NCBI GenBank assembly: GCA_023415375.1
Contig: JAEZKW010000104.1
Location: forward strand, 1-59,163
Reading direction: 5' to 3'
Source of the DNA: Bacillota bacterium
Lineage (GTDB): Bacteria > Bacillota > UBA4882 > UBA8346
Length of the DNA stretch: 59,163 nt
A program made the translations under genes and the position numbers. Position 1 is the first letter of the stretch. Every line of letters starts with the position of its first letter. The notes below the pieces were generated by a model. It was given only the letters and a program-made list of their open reading frames with translations, was not told the origin of the DNA and did not search any database. Shown one piece after another: positions 39,489 to 50,072 of the stretch.

Positions 39489-41003
39489 ATGAGAGAAAAT
39501 GAGTTTTTGCTGGAAATGGATAACATATCGAAAGAATTTCCCGGTGTCAAGGCGCTTGACGATGTAACTTTAAAAGTTCGTCCGGGTACTGTACACGCTT
39601 TGATGGGTGAGAACGGCGCCGGCAAGTCGACGTTGATGAAATGTTTATTTGGGATTTATAAACAAGACGCCGGTGAAATCGTATTGAACGGCCGAAAAAT
39701 TGATATCGACAATTCCAAGATTGCGCTAGATTATGGCATCTCCATGATTCACCAAGAACTTCTTCCGGTACCCTTCCGCAGTGTTATGGAGAATATATGG
39801 TTAGGCAGATTTCCTCTAAAAGGCTTAGGCCCTTTGAATTTCATTGATCATAAAAAAATGTATCATGATACAGCTGAATTGTTTCAAAGACTGGAGATGG
39901 ATATCAATCCGGCAACTATCGTTGGAAGTATGTCAGTGTCAAAAATCCAGTCGATGGAAATTGCCAAAGCCATTTCCTATAATTCTAAGGTAATCATTAT
40001 GGATGAACCTACTTCTTCATTAACTGAAAATGAAGTCGTTCATCTTTTCAAAATCATTCGGGATCTTCGGGCCAGCGGTGCAGCAATTATTTACATTTCC
40101 CATAAAATCGAGGAGATTTTGCAAATTTCCGATGAAGTGACGATCATGCGGGATGGTCAGCGGGTAGGGACTTGGCCGGCATCAGAATTGACTGACGATT
40201 TAATTATTTCCAAGATGGTAGGCAGGGATTTGACCCATCGTTTCCCCGTACGCAGCAATGTACCTGGGAAAGTGCTTCTCAGAGTCGAAGGGCTTACTTC
40301 ACCTTCCGCTAAATCTTTTAGGGATATTTCATTTGAATTGCGCAGAGGTGAGATTTTAGGCATCGGTGGACTGGTCGGGGCACAACGCACCGAACTGATT
40401 GAAGCTTTATTCGGACTACGGATGATTGTATCGGGCAAAATTTATCTGAATGATAAAGAAGTCACAATTAAGACGCCAGAAGAAGCCAAAAAATACAAAC
40501 TGGCTTTACTCACCGAGGATCGGCGTGTATCGGGTATTTTTGGAGCGCTATCGGTGTTGGAAAATTCGCTAATTGCCAATTTGAGCCGTTATATCAAGTT
40601 CGGTTTACTAAACGAGAAGAAGCGAAAAGAAGATGGAGAAAATATTATTACTCAACTGAAGGTTAAAACTCCGTCTAGCAAAACCCTGATTAAGGATTTA
40701 TCAGGCGGTAACCAACAAAAAGTGTTAATTGGCAGATGGTTGCTTACAGAACCCGATATTTTGCTACTTGACGAACCGACCCGCGGGATCGATGTTGGGG
40801 CAAAATTTGAAATATATACGATCATTGCTGAACTAGCCAAACAGGGGAAAAGCATTATTATGATTTCTTCCGAAATGCCGGAGCTGATCGGAATGTCCGA
40901 CCGGATTATGGTCATGTGCGAAGGGCGCCTCTCCGGTTTTGTAGACGGCAAAAAAGCGACTCAAGAAGAGATTATGCGTCTGGCAGCCAAGTTTATAGCA
41001 TAA
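39489..41003 (+). CDS. mglA: CUT2 sugar ABC transporter ATPase (duplicated NBD)
   Basis: GENGAGKST, MDEPTSSL, the second signature LSGGNQQKVLIGRWL and LLLDEPTRGID are present. ATG 39489 follows GGGGGG; the track start 39405 is an extension. Confidence 0.9.
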   Translation: MRENEFLLEMDNISKEFPGVKALDDVTLKVRPGTVHALMGENGAGKSTLMKCLFGIYKQDAGEIVLNGRKIDIDNSKIALDYGISMIHQELLPVPFRSVMENIWLGRFPLKGLGPLNFIDHKKMYHDTAELFQRLEMDINPATIVGSMSVSKIQSMEIAKAISYNSKVIIMDEPTSSLTENEVVHLFKIIRDLRASGAAIIYISHKIEEILQISDEVTIMRDGQRVGTWPASELTDDLIISKMVGRDLTHRFPVRSNVPGKVLLRVEGLTSPSAKSFRDISFELRRGEILGIGGLVGAQRTELIEALFGLRMIVSGKIYLNDKEVTIKTPEEAKKYKLALLTEDRRVSGIFGALSVLENSLIANLSRYIKFGLLNEKKRKEDGENIITQLKVKTPSSKTLIKDLSGGNQQKVLIGRWLLTEPDILLLDEPTRGIDVGAKFEIYTIIAELAKQGKSIIMISSEMPELIGMSDRIMVMCEGRLSGFVDGKKATQEEIMRLAAKFIA

Positions 41004-41037
41004 TTCTTATGGCTTAATTGAAGGAGGGTTTCAATCG

Positions 41038-42045
41038 ATGGATTTTAGAAAAGTATTAAAGTATTTAAGTGATCATGCTATTTACTTTGTATTAGCATTA
41101 TTAGTCATTGTCATTGCTTTCATTGATCCGACTTTTTTATCATTGACTTGTTTGCGTGATATTTTGTTGCAGTCTTCAACCCGTATTATTATTGCAATGG
41201 GCGCCTTTTTTGCCATATTGATTGCAGGCTGTGATCTTTCGGCTGGACGTATGGTGGGTTTTGGAGCTGTTCTTGCGGCTTCAATGTTGCAGGCTCCCGA
41301 TTATCTGCGATTGTTTTATCCGAACATGCCGCAACTCCCGTTATGGTTACCGATTTTGATTGCGATCGTAGTTGGCTTATTCTTCGGTTTATTTAACGGA
41401 TTTACAGTTGCTAGGTTAGGCTTGCCTCCATTTATCGCTACTTTAGGTTCGATGGTTATTATTTATGGCATTAACTCCATTTATTTCGACATGCCGCCCA
41501 ATAATTCACAACCGATTGGCGGTTTACGGGCTGATTTTACTGAATTAGGCACCGGATCTTTCGGTCCTCAGGCGTTTTCGATTCCCTATATTTTGGTCAT
41601 TGCAGTTATAATAGCATTTTTGATGTGGGTATTAATGAATAAAACCCGGTTTGGTAAGAACTGCTATGCAATGGGCGGAAATATAAACGCTGCGAAGGTT
41701 TCCGGAATCAATGTCGCCAAGACAACGATGGTTATGTTTACCATAGCCGGAGGATTATTTGCCCTTGGTGGTGTGTTGGAAGCAGCCAGGACAGGCGGCG
41801 CTACCAATAACTATGGAAACGGTTACGAATTTGACGCTATCACAGCCTGTGTCGTCGGTGGTGTTTCCACAACCGGCGGTATCGGAACCATTCAGGGAAT
41901 TTTAGCCGGTGTATTTATTTTAACCATTATTAACTATGGTCTTACATTTATTGGGCTTAATCCCTATTGGCAGCAAATTATCAAAGGTTTAATCATCGTA
42001 TTTGCTGTTGCTGTCGATATCCGGAAATATCTAGCAAAGAAATAA
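41038..42045 (+). CDS. mglC: CUT2 sugar ABC transporter permease
   Basis: The protein is polytopic with a BPD_transp_2-like pattern (GGVSTTGGIGTIQG). RBS GAAGGAGGG. Confidence 0.88.
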   Translation: MDFRKVLKYLSDHAIYFVLALLVIVIAFIDPTFLSLTCLRDILLQSSTRIIIAMGAFFAILIAGCDLSAGRMVGFGAVLAASMLQAPDYLRLFYPNMPQLPLWLPILIAIVVGLFFGLFNGFTVARLGLPPFIATLGSMVIIYGINSIYFDMPPNNSQPIGGLRADFTELGTGSFGPQAFSIPYILVIAVIIAFLMWVLMNKTRFGKNCYAMGGNINAAKVSGINVAKTTMVMFTIAGGLFALGGVLEAARTGGATNNYGNGYEFDAITACVVGGVSTTGGIGTIQGILAGVFILTIINYGLTFIGLNPYWQQIIKGLIIVFAVAVDIRKYLAKK

Positions 42046-42119
42046 GTCGAATCTGCATGAAAACGGGAATCAATTTGGGGGAACCAAGGTACTGTTGTAG
42101 TTTGGTTCCCTTTTATTGA

Positions 42120-44288
42120 ATGAAGAGGTGTTCGAAAGTGTTGGGTAAAAATAAAAATCATCCAGCTCAAATCATAGCTACGGAAAAGATAAATCTGACA
42201 AAACATATCGAAAGAACGCCTGGATTTTTAAAAATAACGAAGGTAATCAGCAATATATCGATTCGGCGAAGGCTCATCATCTTCTTTTTGATACTATCAA
42301 TTATCCCGATTGCTTTTATCGGCTATTTGTCGTATTCTTCTTCGAAAAATGCCATTATCAGCAAGATTGCCACTTATTCGCAAGAAAGTCTCAGCCAAGC
42401 ATCCATGAATCTCCAATTGGAACTCAATAAATATCAAAGTTTATCATTACAATTAGCGATTGATAATAAAAAAAATAACGAGATTGTCTCTTTTATTAAT
42501 AACGGCTCAGAAGCGGAACAACTAAAAGAATCATTACAATCAACAGTCGCTACAGATGAAATTGTCCGTTCAGTTTTTATCGGTTCTTTGAAAGATGATT
42601 CATGCGTCGGAGCAGGCTTTGAAGATCCCAATACGAATAAACTGTATTCCAAGCTTAAGAAAACAGCTGCTTTCAAAGAGGCCCTTCATTCAAAAACGCA
42701 AATATATTGGGGCATTTATGAAAAAGATGTTATCATGATCAGATTGATTCATAATGTTAACACGGGTGAATCCATCGGAGTCTATGGCGTAGTTTTCTTC
42801 GGTTATAAATTGACTAAAAAGATGAGCCCAGGCCGTTACGAAAATGCAAATATCTCTTCCGTAAAAGATCTTCCATATACGGTTATTGTAAATGCAAAAG
42901 GGGAGATATTGACTTCACCCCATGTTGACGATGTGGGAGTAAAAATCCCGGACCTATTACACAACCGGAATGGGATAGGAATCTTACAGCAAAATGAGAA
43001 TTTGAAAGGTTTCTTTTATGATAAAATTCATGGTGAAAATGTTTTAATTACATATAACCGGATTAAGGATATGAGTTGGTATTTGATGGGTGTTTCTTTA
43101 AACTCATATTTATATAAAGAAACAGATGAAGTAGGTTGGTTCACATTTATACTGGCAGTTATCATTAGTATCTTTGCGATAATTGTTTCATTACTGGTTT
43201 CTTTAAGTATTTCAGTCCCTTTAGATAGGATGAAGGATGTTATGAAAACCGCTGAGGACGGTAATTTGTCCATCAGGGTCATTGTAAATACACAGGATGA
43301 ATTGGCTGAAGTAGGAAACAGTTTTAATAGCATGCTTGAAAAAATAGCCCAATTCATTATTGAAACAAAAGATACCATTCATAAAGTTTTGGACCAGAGC
43401 ACAGTCTTGGAAGAAAGTTCAAATCAGTCGGCTCAAGCGGCTGAAAGTATAGCTCAGGCGATGGATCAAATAACGAAAGGAACCTTGGAACAAACTCAAG
43501 AAACGGAGATGTCTTCCAGACAAATGATTGATCTGGCGAGGCAGATCGAAAATGCCGTGTCTGAAGCGGCTGCGGTTGAAAAAATCACTGGAAATGCGAA
43601 GGATTTAAGTTCGGATTCAAAGGGAGTCGTAGAACAGTTGATTCAAAAAACCAATGACACCGATAAGATTACCAGCGATATTCTGAAAGATATCAATGAT
43701 TTGCGTTGCAGCGCCGAAACAATTGGAAACATTACCGAAGTTATTTCAAACATAGCGGAACAAACCAATCTGTTGGCTTTAAATGCCAGTATTGAGGCTG
43801 CCAGGGCCGGAGAAATGGGACGGGGCTTCGCAGTAGTGGCTGATGAAATTAATGTATTAGCGGCTCAGTCACGGAAAGCGGTTAAGACGATTGATGATAT
43901 TTTAAAAACGATAGAAGAAAAAACCGCGGCTTCGGCTCAGACTGCCGGAAACGCTTATTCGATATTGGTGGAGCAAAGAGCAGCGGTTCATCACACCCGG
44001 GAGGCCTTTGATCATATCATTGTTTCAATGGATGAGGTTGTAAAACGAATCGGTACAGTAAACGGAATGATTCATCAGATTAATGATTTTAAGAATGTTA
44101 TGGGCCAGGTTATTGCCAACATTAGTTCCGTTTCAGAAGAGACTGCCGCTTCAGCCGAAGAGGTATCGGCTGCCTCTGAGGAACAAACAGCATCTTCAGA
44201 CCAATTAAAATTTTTGGCCATGGATTTACGCCGTATGGCTGAACATCTGGTTTCCGATATGGCCAAATTTCAAATTGAAGAAGAATAA
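42120..44288 (+). CDS. methyl-accepting chemotaxis protein with Cache-like periplasmic sensor
   Basis: The order is TM, a ~270-aa sensor, TM, HAMP, then the signalling hairpin [31 protein letters not shown]. The start is uncertain (ATG 42120 or GTG 42138). Confidence 0.9.
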   Translation: MKRCSKVLGKNKNHPAQIIATEKINLTKHIERTPGFLKITKVISNISIRRRLIIFFLILSIIPIAFIGYLSYSSSKNAIISKIATYSQESLSQASMNLQLELNKYQSLSLQLAIDNKKNNEIVSFINNGSEAEQLKESLQSTVATDEIVRSVFIGSLKDDSCVGAGFEDPNTNKLYSKLKKTAAFKEALHSKTQIYWGIYEKDVIMIRLIHNVNTGESIGVYGVVFFGYKLTKKMSPGRYENANISSVKDLPYTVIVNAKGEILTSPHVDDVGVKIPDLLHNRNGIGILQQNENLKGFFYDKIHGENVLITYNRIKDMSWYLMGVSLNSYLYKETDEVGWFTFILAVIISIFAIIVSLLVSLSISVPLDRMKDVMKTAEDGNLSIRVIVNTQDELAEVGNSFNSMLEKIAQFIIETKDTIHKVLDQSTVLEESSNQSAQAAESIAQAMDQITKGTLEQTQETEMSSRQMIDLARQIENAVSEAAAVEKITGNAKDLSSDSKGVVEQLIQKTNDTDKITSDILKDINDLRCSAETIGNITEVISNIAEQTNLLALNASIEAARAGEMGRGFAVVADEINVLAAQSRKAVKTIDDILKTIEEKTAASAQTAGNAYSILVEQRAAVHHTREAFDHIIVSMDEVVKRIGTVNGMIHQINDFKNVMGQVIANISSVSEETAASAEEVSAASEEQTASSDQLKFLAMDLRRMAEHLVSDMAKFQIEEE

Positions 44289-44475
44289 TCTTCCTTTGAA
44301 CTTGTAGATTTTGTTGTACTGAATACTTGATCTTATTCTTAATGATAATGACACGCCTCTCCGATTTTTGATTTAAGGAGAGTTGAAATTATTTACCTGA
44401 ATTATGTCAATTTTCATTTCAAGTAGAATGATAAGTACAAATTGAAATAATGGCCTGTTGTATGAAAGGAAATGA

Positions 44476-45315
44476 TTATTTACCCTTTGTGACCGTCAGT
44501 AACCCTAAAATATCAGGTCCGGTATGTACGGCGAGTACCGGGGATATCGGTGCCATGTAGGGTTTCATACCGATTGCAGCTTCAACTTCTTTTGCATATT
44601 CTTGGGCTTCTTCGATATTATCGCCATAGTGTAAGATAAGGGCTTCCAGGCCAAGCTCAGCCCTTTCCCTTGCTAATTCAATCAATCGGTTCTTTCCTGC
44701 TTTCGTGGTTCTTACTTTCTCGAAGGCTGTCATTTTACCGTCCGGCTCAAACCAAATAATTGGTTTAATTTGAATAATAGAACCAATTAAAGCTTCAGCG
44801 CCGGTGAGACGGCCACCTGCGTGAAGATATCGCAAGGATTCGACCAGAAAAAAGACACGGCAGCGAGAATGCAGGTCTTCCAAATATTTGATAATTTCGG
44901 CTCTGGAAGCGCCCCCTCCTGCCATTTCCCGGGCTTTGATTGCCATATAGGCCAAGCAGAAGCCACTCAGTCTAGAATCAAATACTGATATTTTATCGGT
45001 TTCCAACATTTGCGACGTTGTACAGACCGTATTAAAGGTACCGGAAATCCCGCTGGAAAATATCAAACATATAATCTCATCGCCAGCTTCGATAATGGGT
45101 TTAAATGCCTCAAGGTAAGTTAAAGGAGAGGGTTGTGAAGTAGTGAAGCGGATTCCGGCCCGTTGGTTTTTGAAAAACTCTTCGTATTTCAGATCAAAAA
45201 GCTCCCGCTTGGAGATTTCACCTTGGTTGATAATGATTGGAATTGGATGAATATTGTATTTCTGGTAATCTTCAAGCGTCATGGATGAAGTGGTATCAGT
45301 AAAGATCTGAATCAT
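44476..45315 (-). CDS. DegV-family fatty-acid-binding protein
   Basis: IQIFTDTTSSMT, SQPSP and GPDILGL fit the DegV pattern. The protein is 279 aa. RBS AGGAGG. Confidence 0.85.
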   Translation of the reverse strand: MIQIFTDTTSSMTLEDYQKYNIHPIPIIINQGEISKRELFDLKYEEFFKNQRAGIRFTTSQPSPLTYLEAFKPIIEAGDEIICLIFSSGISGTFNTVCTTSQMLETDKISVFDSRLSGFCLAYMAIKAREMAGGGASRAEIIKYLEDLHSRCRVFFLVESLRYLHAGGRLTGAEALIGSIIQIKPIIWFEPDGKMTAFEKVRTTKAGKNRLIELARERAELGLEALILHYGDNIEEAQEYAKEVEAAIGMKPYMAPISPVLAVHTGPDILGLLTVTKGK

Positions 45316-45496
45316 TGGAGACCTCCTAAAAATCTACAATTCGACATAATTTTCTCGTTCAATTATAAACAGAATAGCCAGTCCCTTACTCTGTCCTGAG
45401 TAGACTTGCTGGGATGACCATAAAAGAATTATTCGAGGTTTCCAAAATAAATCCTTTTCGACATGTTTTTAGTTATTTGATTATTATTGCGTTATA

Positions 45497-46321
45497 TTAA
45501 ATCTTCGCTACAAATTTGTCTTTAATCCATCCCATTTTACCGTCTTTTCTTTGAATTAGCAGCCAACCCCGTTTTTCTTCCAAAATCTGTACTCTTGACC
45601 CTTCGGCAAGGTGATAGTAGGTAGTTGATTGAGGATTGGGTTCAAATCTCACTTCGCCCCCCGATTGAATGGCCACTGCATTCAGATTCCTATGCCCCAA
45701 GCCTACGATTACAGTAAGTGATAGTGAAAATACTAAAATTATCGTAATTCCAATGAATGTTCCCTGAAACCATGATTTAAATTTGCCGCTATTTTGTTCT
45801 CGAAAGCTCATTGGGAAGGTAATGGCTAGGATCAAAAAAATTACAAAAGTAAAAAATAGGAGTGAAGTAAGAATCATCAGATTTTCCAAAGAATCTATGG
45901 AAACAATCCATTGATAAAAATCAGTTTGCCAATTGGGGTGACCTTCATCAACACCGCGGAGAGCGAATTTAAGATTAGATTTGAGGTCGGCATCGTTAGG
46001 CATCAATTGTTTGGCTTTTTCATAAAAAAGAATAGCCTCACCTTTTCGACCCAATTTAAAGTAAGTGTTCGCCAGGTTAAAATAAAGATTTCCGCTCTCA
46101 TAGCCTTTCTGAATAAGTGCATTATAAAGCTTAGCCGCTTTTTGGTAATCTCCCTTTTCATAACTGTTTCCTGCCTGATAAAAAAGAGCGGAAGGATTTG
46201 ATGAAAAAGAATTGTTTCGGGCGTTTGTCCAGGTCCCACCCAAAAGTAGGAGCGGTAGTGCAATTAGCAATAAAATAATATAAATACGGCGTCCAGCAAC
46301 TTTCTTTTTATCAATATTCAT
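45497..46321 (-). CDS. batE: BatE-like TPR + SH3b protein
   Basis: TPR repeats (GDYQKAAKLYNALI, GNLYFNLANTYFKLG) are followed by TM segments. The C-terminal SH3b-like part is GSRVQILEEKRGWLLIQRKDGKMGWI. ATG 46321 overlaps the batD stop (ATGA). Confidence 0.7.
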   Translation of the reverse strand: MNIDKKKVAGRRIYIILLLIALPLLLLGGTWTNARNNSFSSNPSALFYQAGNSYEKGDYQKAAKLYNALIQKGYESGNLYFNLANTYFKLGRKGEAILFYEKAKQLMPNDADLKSNLKFALRGVDEGHPNWQTDFYQWIVSIDSLENLMILTSLLFFTFVIFLILAITFPMSFREQNSGKFKSWFQGTFIGITIILVFSLSLTVIVGLGHRNLNAVAIQSGGEVRFEPNPQSTTYYHLAEGSRVQILEEKRGWLLIQRKDGKMGWIKDKFVAKI

Positions 46322-48174
46322 CGATTCCGAGCTCCTTTCCAATCCAAAGCGGGTGTAGCATATCCATTTAAATTAGCTTTACCAGAGGAATGGTTCAAAT
46401 CCTCAATAATCTGATTGATATTTTCCCACATTTGGTGAGCATCATCTTTGGTAATCGTGGCTCCGGTAAAACGATAAAAATCATATTTCACGAAGAAGTC
46501 TTTGATTTTTTGAAGGGTACTCTCTGCAACTTCTTGCTCCTTAAGAGTATCGGTTACATCCCCGGTCATACCAGCCGCATTCAGATTATATTTTTGGGCA
46601 AGGTAATTGCGAATAATCAGATGCAACTCATCTAACAACTGATCGAGAGTCCCTGCGGATAAAGTCCGGCTGGCATTTTCCAGTTGCTTTTTGGCGAAAT
46701 TAGCGGCACGGATCGAGCGGGCCGCCGGGGTATCAGACTCAAGCAATTTCCGGTGCCTGCTGTAAAGATAAGCAGCAAACAATCCTATCAGAGGAATTAG
46801 CTGCAAAATCCAAAACCAAGGATGATAATAAAAGCGTTCTTTGACAAGCCTCAGTTTGCCCGGTGAGTCTTTGATAAACACTAAATCCCGTCCAAAATGT
46901 TGGTCTTGGCCGGAAATTTCCATTCCCGCTGAACTTTTATTAAACTCCGGATTCGCTTTTACGGATAGAGGAATCGCGGAGGTGACAATTTGTTGATATT
47001 TCCCTGCCGCCGGGTTGAAATAAGAAAATACATAAGGACCAATTTGTTTGATTTTGGCGTCAACCGGAATTAAAACTTGTTCAAAAATAACGCCTCCGTT
47101 TTGGTCTGTACTATTTTTTCTTTGGGGGTCATAGACTTTAAACCCACTAGAATTTTGCAGGGCTGGTGCATTTACAGCTTGAAAATTTCCCTTCCCTGAG
47201 AGGGCCAATTTAGCGGTGAGGGGATCTCCCTGGTTTACTGTTGCAGGAGTTGCTGTCACGTTTAACTGAAATTGGCCAATTCCCCCGGAGAAGTTGGCAG
47301 GTTTGCCGGCTGCCGGTAGTGGCAAAATACTAAGTGAAACTTTCTTACTCTTTACCTGAACCGACTGTTTTTCGTAGTTCGGGAAAAAATCGTCGAAAAA
47401 GCTGTCACTGTCCCGGCTTTTAACGATAATATTGCAATTTAAAGTAACGGGTCCCAAAGATAGGGCCCCCGTTTTTACAGGAGTCAAAGTTGTGTGGAAC
47501 TCAACAACTTTATAGGGTTCTCCATTAATTGTCTCCTCTGTTTGCAGCGGTTTGTCCATTTTACCAAAAACAAAATCACTTTGGCTGAGGTTCGGATAAG
47601 TGACTTCATTGAGAGAAACTCCTCGGGCCAATAATTTGATGGTCACCGGAACAACTTCGCCTTGGTAAATAGTAGTTTTGGGCAGACTTAGAGATAGTGT
47701 TAGCGGGTTACTGCCAGCCAGTCCCTGCACTGTGTCTATGCGATCTTGTCCGATGGCGGGAGCAGAGTTTCCCCGGGTTGATGCTGAACCTGTAACTGTA
47801 AGAACTACCGAATTAGTGCGGAGCTTTTTATTACCAGCCGCAATTTCAATAGGTCCAAGAGTATAACGGCCCGGCTTAAGGCCTGCCACTGAGAAGTTGT
47901 AAGAAAGTTGGGATGAAAAGGCCCCGTTAATGATTTGAAATTGGTTCGATGCTCCTGCGTATTGGATACTGATGCCATCGGGTGCATTTATTTTTGGGCG
48001 TCCGGCGGAGGCGGCGCCATTGATAGCCACAGTTAATTGAACAGCCTCACCGACGCCGATTTGATCGGAATCCAAAGTGAGTTCCGCTGACGCAGCCATT
48101 GCTGATGTACTCATTAAGAATACCAGCCCAGATAATATGGCAAGTACGGAAATTATTTTCAGATAATGTTTCAT
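46318..48174 (-). CDS. batD: BatD-like oxygen-tolerance protein
   Basis: There is a signal peptide. Repeated Ig-like modules are followed by a TM segment and a helical tail. The position in a bat operon fits. Confidence 0.7.
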   Translation of the reverse strand: MKHYLKIISVLAILSGLVFLMSTSAMAASAELTLDSDQIGVGEAVQLTVAINGAASAGRPKINAPDGISIQYAGASNQFQIINGAFSSQLSYNFSVAGLKPGRYTLGPIEIAAGNKKLRTNSVVLTVTGSASTRGNSAPAIGQDRIDTVQGLAGSNPLTLSLSLPKTTIYQGEVVPVTIKLLARGVSLNEVTYPNLSQSDFVFGKMDKPLQTEETINGEPYKVVEFHTTLTPVKTGALSLGPVTLNCNIIVKSRDSDSFFDDFFPNYEKQSVQVKSKKVSLSILPLPAAGKPANFSGGIGQFQLNVTATPATVNQGDPLTAKLALSGKGNFQAVNAPALQNSSGFKVYDPQRKNSTDQNGGVIFEQVLIPVDAKIKQIGPYVFSYFNPAAGKYQQIVTSAIPLSVKANPEFNKSSAGMEISGQDQHFGRDLVFIKDSPGKLRLVKERFYYHPWFWILQLIPLIGLFAAYLYSRHRKLLESDTPAARSIRAANFAKKQLENASRTLSAGTLDQLLDELHLIIRNYLAQKYNLNAAGMTGDVTDTLKEQEVAESTLQKIKDFFVKYDFYRFTGATITKDDAHQMWENINQIIEDLNHSSGKANLNGYATPALDWKGARNR

Positions 48175-48252
48175 TCATCTCTCCTGCCTTATCCTTCAAT
48201 TAGCCAAAGCTATTTAACGTGTGCACGCGGGGCTCTTAAAAATACCTATCTC

Positions 48253-49023
48253 TTACCAATCCTGTTTAGGTTCTGAATCATAGACGCCTATTACCGGAGC
48301 TTTACCTTGGTCTTGACTTTTCATCATTTTCAGCAGCTCTTCGGCTTGATCTTTGGTCATTTGCCCCTTCCCGGGCTGCGAAGAAGAATTTTGGTCCTTG
48401 GATTGGGTATTATTCTTATCCTGCCTTCCGGATCCGTTTTTTAACGAATTCGATTTATCTTGTTGCTGCTCCTTTTGATTCTTATTTTGACCTTTTTGGG
48501 ATGATTGCTCCTTTTGCATTTGTTTGAGACGTATTTTAGTCAATTCATAATTGTATTTTGCATCTAAATCGCTGTGTTCGGCAACGATTGCTTTTTTGTA
48601 ATTATCGAGCGCGTTTTGATACGCCGTGGTGCTTTGTGCACTAGGTAACTTCTCGGCTTGTTTAAATAAAGCATTACCTAAATTATAACCAACTCGATTG
48701 GATAAATCATGTTGAAGACTTTTATTTAAACGAAATTCCGGGGCTTCAATCTTTTTCTGGGCATTGCCAAAATTGGCAACAGCCTTATCATACTGAGCTT
48801 TTTTATAAAATGTCAATCCCAGATTATGAAGGATATAAGGAGATTCCGGGGAACTCGCCGCCATTTGCTCGTAAATCGCTTGAGCCTGGTTAGGTTTGGA
48901 GGCCATTAACAAGCGGTTGGCTTTGGCCATTTTGAGGGTTTTTCCCCAAACCAAAACGCTGATTATCAATAATGATATCAAAGCAATGATGATACAGATA
49001 AACATTTTAAGCGGCCTTTTCAT
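48253..49023 (-). CDS. batC: BatC-like TPR membrane protein with Q/K/N-rich tail
   Basis: An N-terminal TM segment is followed by TPR motifs (YILHNLGLTFYKKAQYDKAV). It shares a 4-nt overlap with batB. Confidence 0.65.
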   Translation of the reverse strand: MKRPLKMFICIIIALISLLIISVLVWGKTLKMAKANRLLMASKPNQAQAIYEQMAASSPESPYILHNLGLTFYKKAQYDKAVANFGNAQKKIEAPEFRLNKSLQHDLSNRVGYNLGNALFKQAEKLPSAQSTTAYQNALDNYKKAIVAEHSDLDAKYNYELTKIRLKQMQKEQSSQKGQNKNQKEQQQDKSNSLKNGSGRQDKNNTQSKDQNSSSQPGKGQMTKDQAEELLKMMKSQDQGKAPVIGVYDSEPKQDW

Positions 49024-50072
49024 TTCAATGCCTCCCGTTCATCGCTTTTGAAAACCTTTAAACTATCCAGGCTCAGCGGCCCAATCCCCAGGACAATTTC
49101 TAATGTTATAAACAATATTCCAAGAAACAATGGGACTTGATAACGATCGATATAGTGTTTCTGTAGTTTGCTATTGAACTCTGCCTTATTTAATTTGGCT
49201 ACTTTTTGGCGATAAAGTTCATCAAGCCCCATTGAGATATCGGTAGCATGATAATAGGATCCGCCGCCCGCTTTGGCGATTTCTTGTAAAATTTCTTCAT
49301 TCAGTTTGGATTTAACCACATTGCCTTGATCATCTTTTAAATAAGAACTATTACCTTTATCATCCGGGACAACGATTAATTCACCTTCAGGTCTGCCAAT
49401 CCCTATTGTATAGACTTGGATCCCTTTTTTAGCCGCTTCGGCAGCCAAAGGGACGGGATCCCCTTCATGATTTTCACCGTCCGTAATGAGGATCAAACTT
49501 TTGGTTGTGCCCCCGCCACCTGACTCGAATGCTTTAATGGCTGTTTGAATCGCTTCGCCGATAGCCGTGCCGCCTCTAGGAATCGTTTTAAAACTCAAAG
49601 AGTTTAAAGTGAGTGAAAAGGCGTTATAATCTAAGGTTAATGGGCATTGTAGAAAACTAGTGCCTGAAAAGGCAATTAAACCTACTTTATCACCGTTGAG
49701 GTTACCCAAAAAGTCATTTACAGCTAATTTGACCCGTTCCAAACGATTGGGTTTAATATCTGTGGCCAGCATGCTTTTGGAAGTATCGACCGCTAGCATA
49801 ATTTCAGTGCCTTCTTGCCGGACTTCATGCCACTCATAGCCCCATTGAGGTCCGATTAAAGAGACCAGGATAAATAGAATACCAACCATTCGGATCATTC
49901 TTAGCCGGGACCGTAATTTTTGTCCGGAAAGGTCAGAGATTTTACTGATCAAACTTTTCTCGGCAAAACGTTCGAGATCCTGAGTCGCTCGGCGTTGCAC
50001 CCGGATATAGAAGAGAATGAGAATGATCGGTATAATAAATAACCAACTATAAATTGGATTTGCCATACTCAT
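49020..50072 (-). CDS. batB: BatB-like von Willebrand factor A domain membrane protein
   Basis: The MIDAS motif is AVDTSKSM and LILITDGEN is present. TM segments flank the domain. Confidence 0.8.
   Translation of the reverse strand: MSMANPIYSWLFIIPIILILFYIRVQRRATQDLERFAEKSLISKISDLSGQKLRSRLRMIRMVGILFILVSLIGPQWGYEWHEVRQEGTEIMLAVDTSKSMLATDIKPNRLERVKLAVNDFLGNLNGDKVGLIAFSGTSFLQCPLTLDYNAFSLTLNSLSFKTIPRGGTAIGEAIQTAIKAFESGGGGTTKSLILITDGENHEGDPVPLAAEAAKKGIQVYTIGIGRPEGELIVVPDDKGNSSYLKDDQGNVVKSKLNEEILQEIAKAGGGSYYHATDISMGLDELYRQKVAKLNKAEFNSKLQKHYIDRYQVPLFLGILFITLEIVLGIGPLSLDSLKVFKSDEREALK

Noticed and set aside
48253-48520. I checked the Q/K/N-rich low-complexity tail of BatC as a possible DNA tandem repeat.
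   Set aside because: There is no regular nucleotide period. It is compositional low complexity within an otherwise normal TPR protein.
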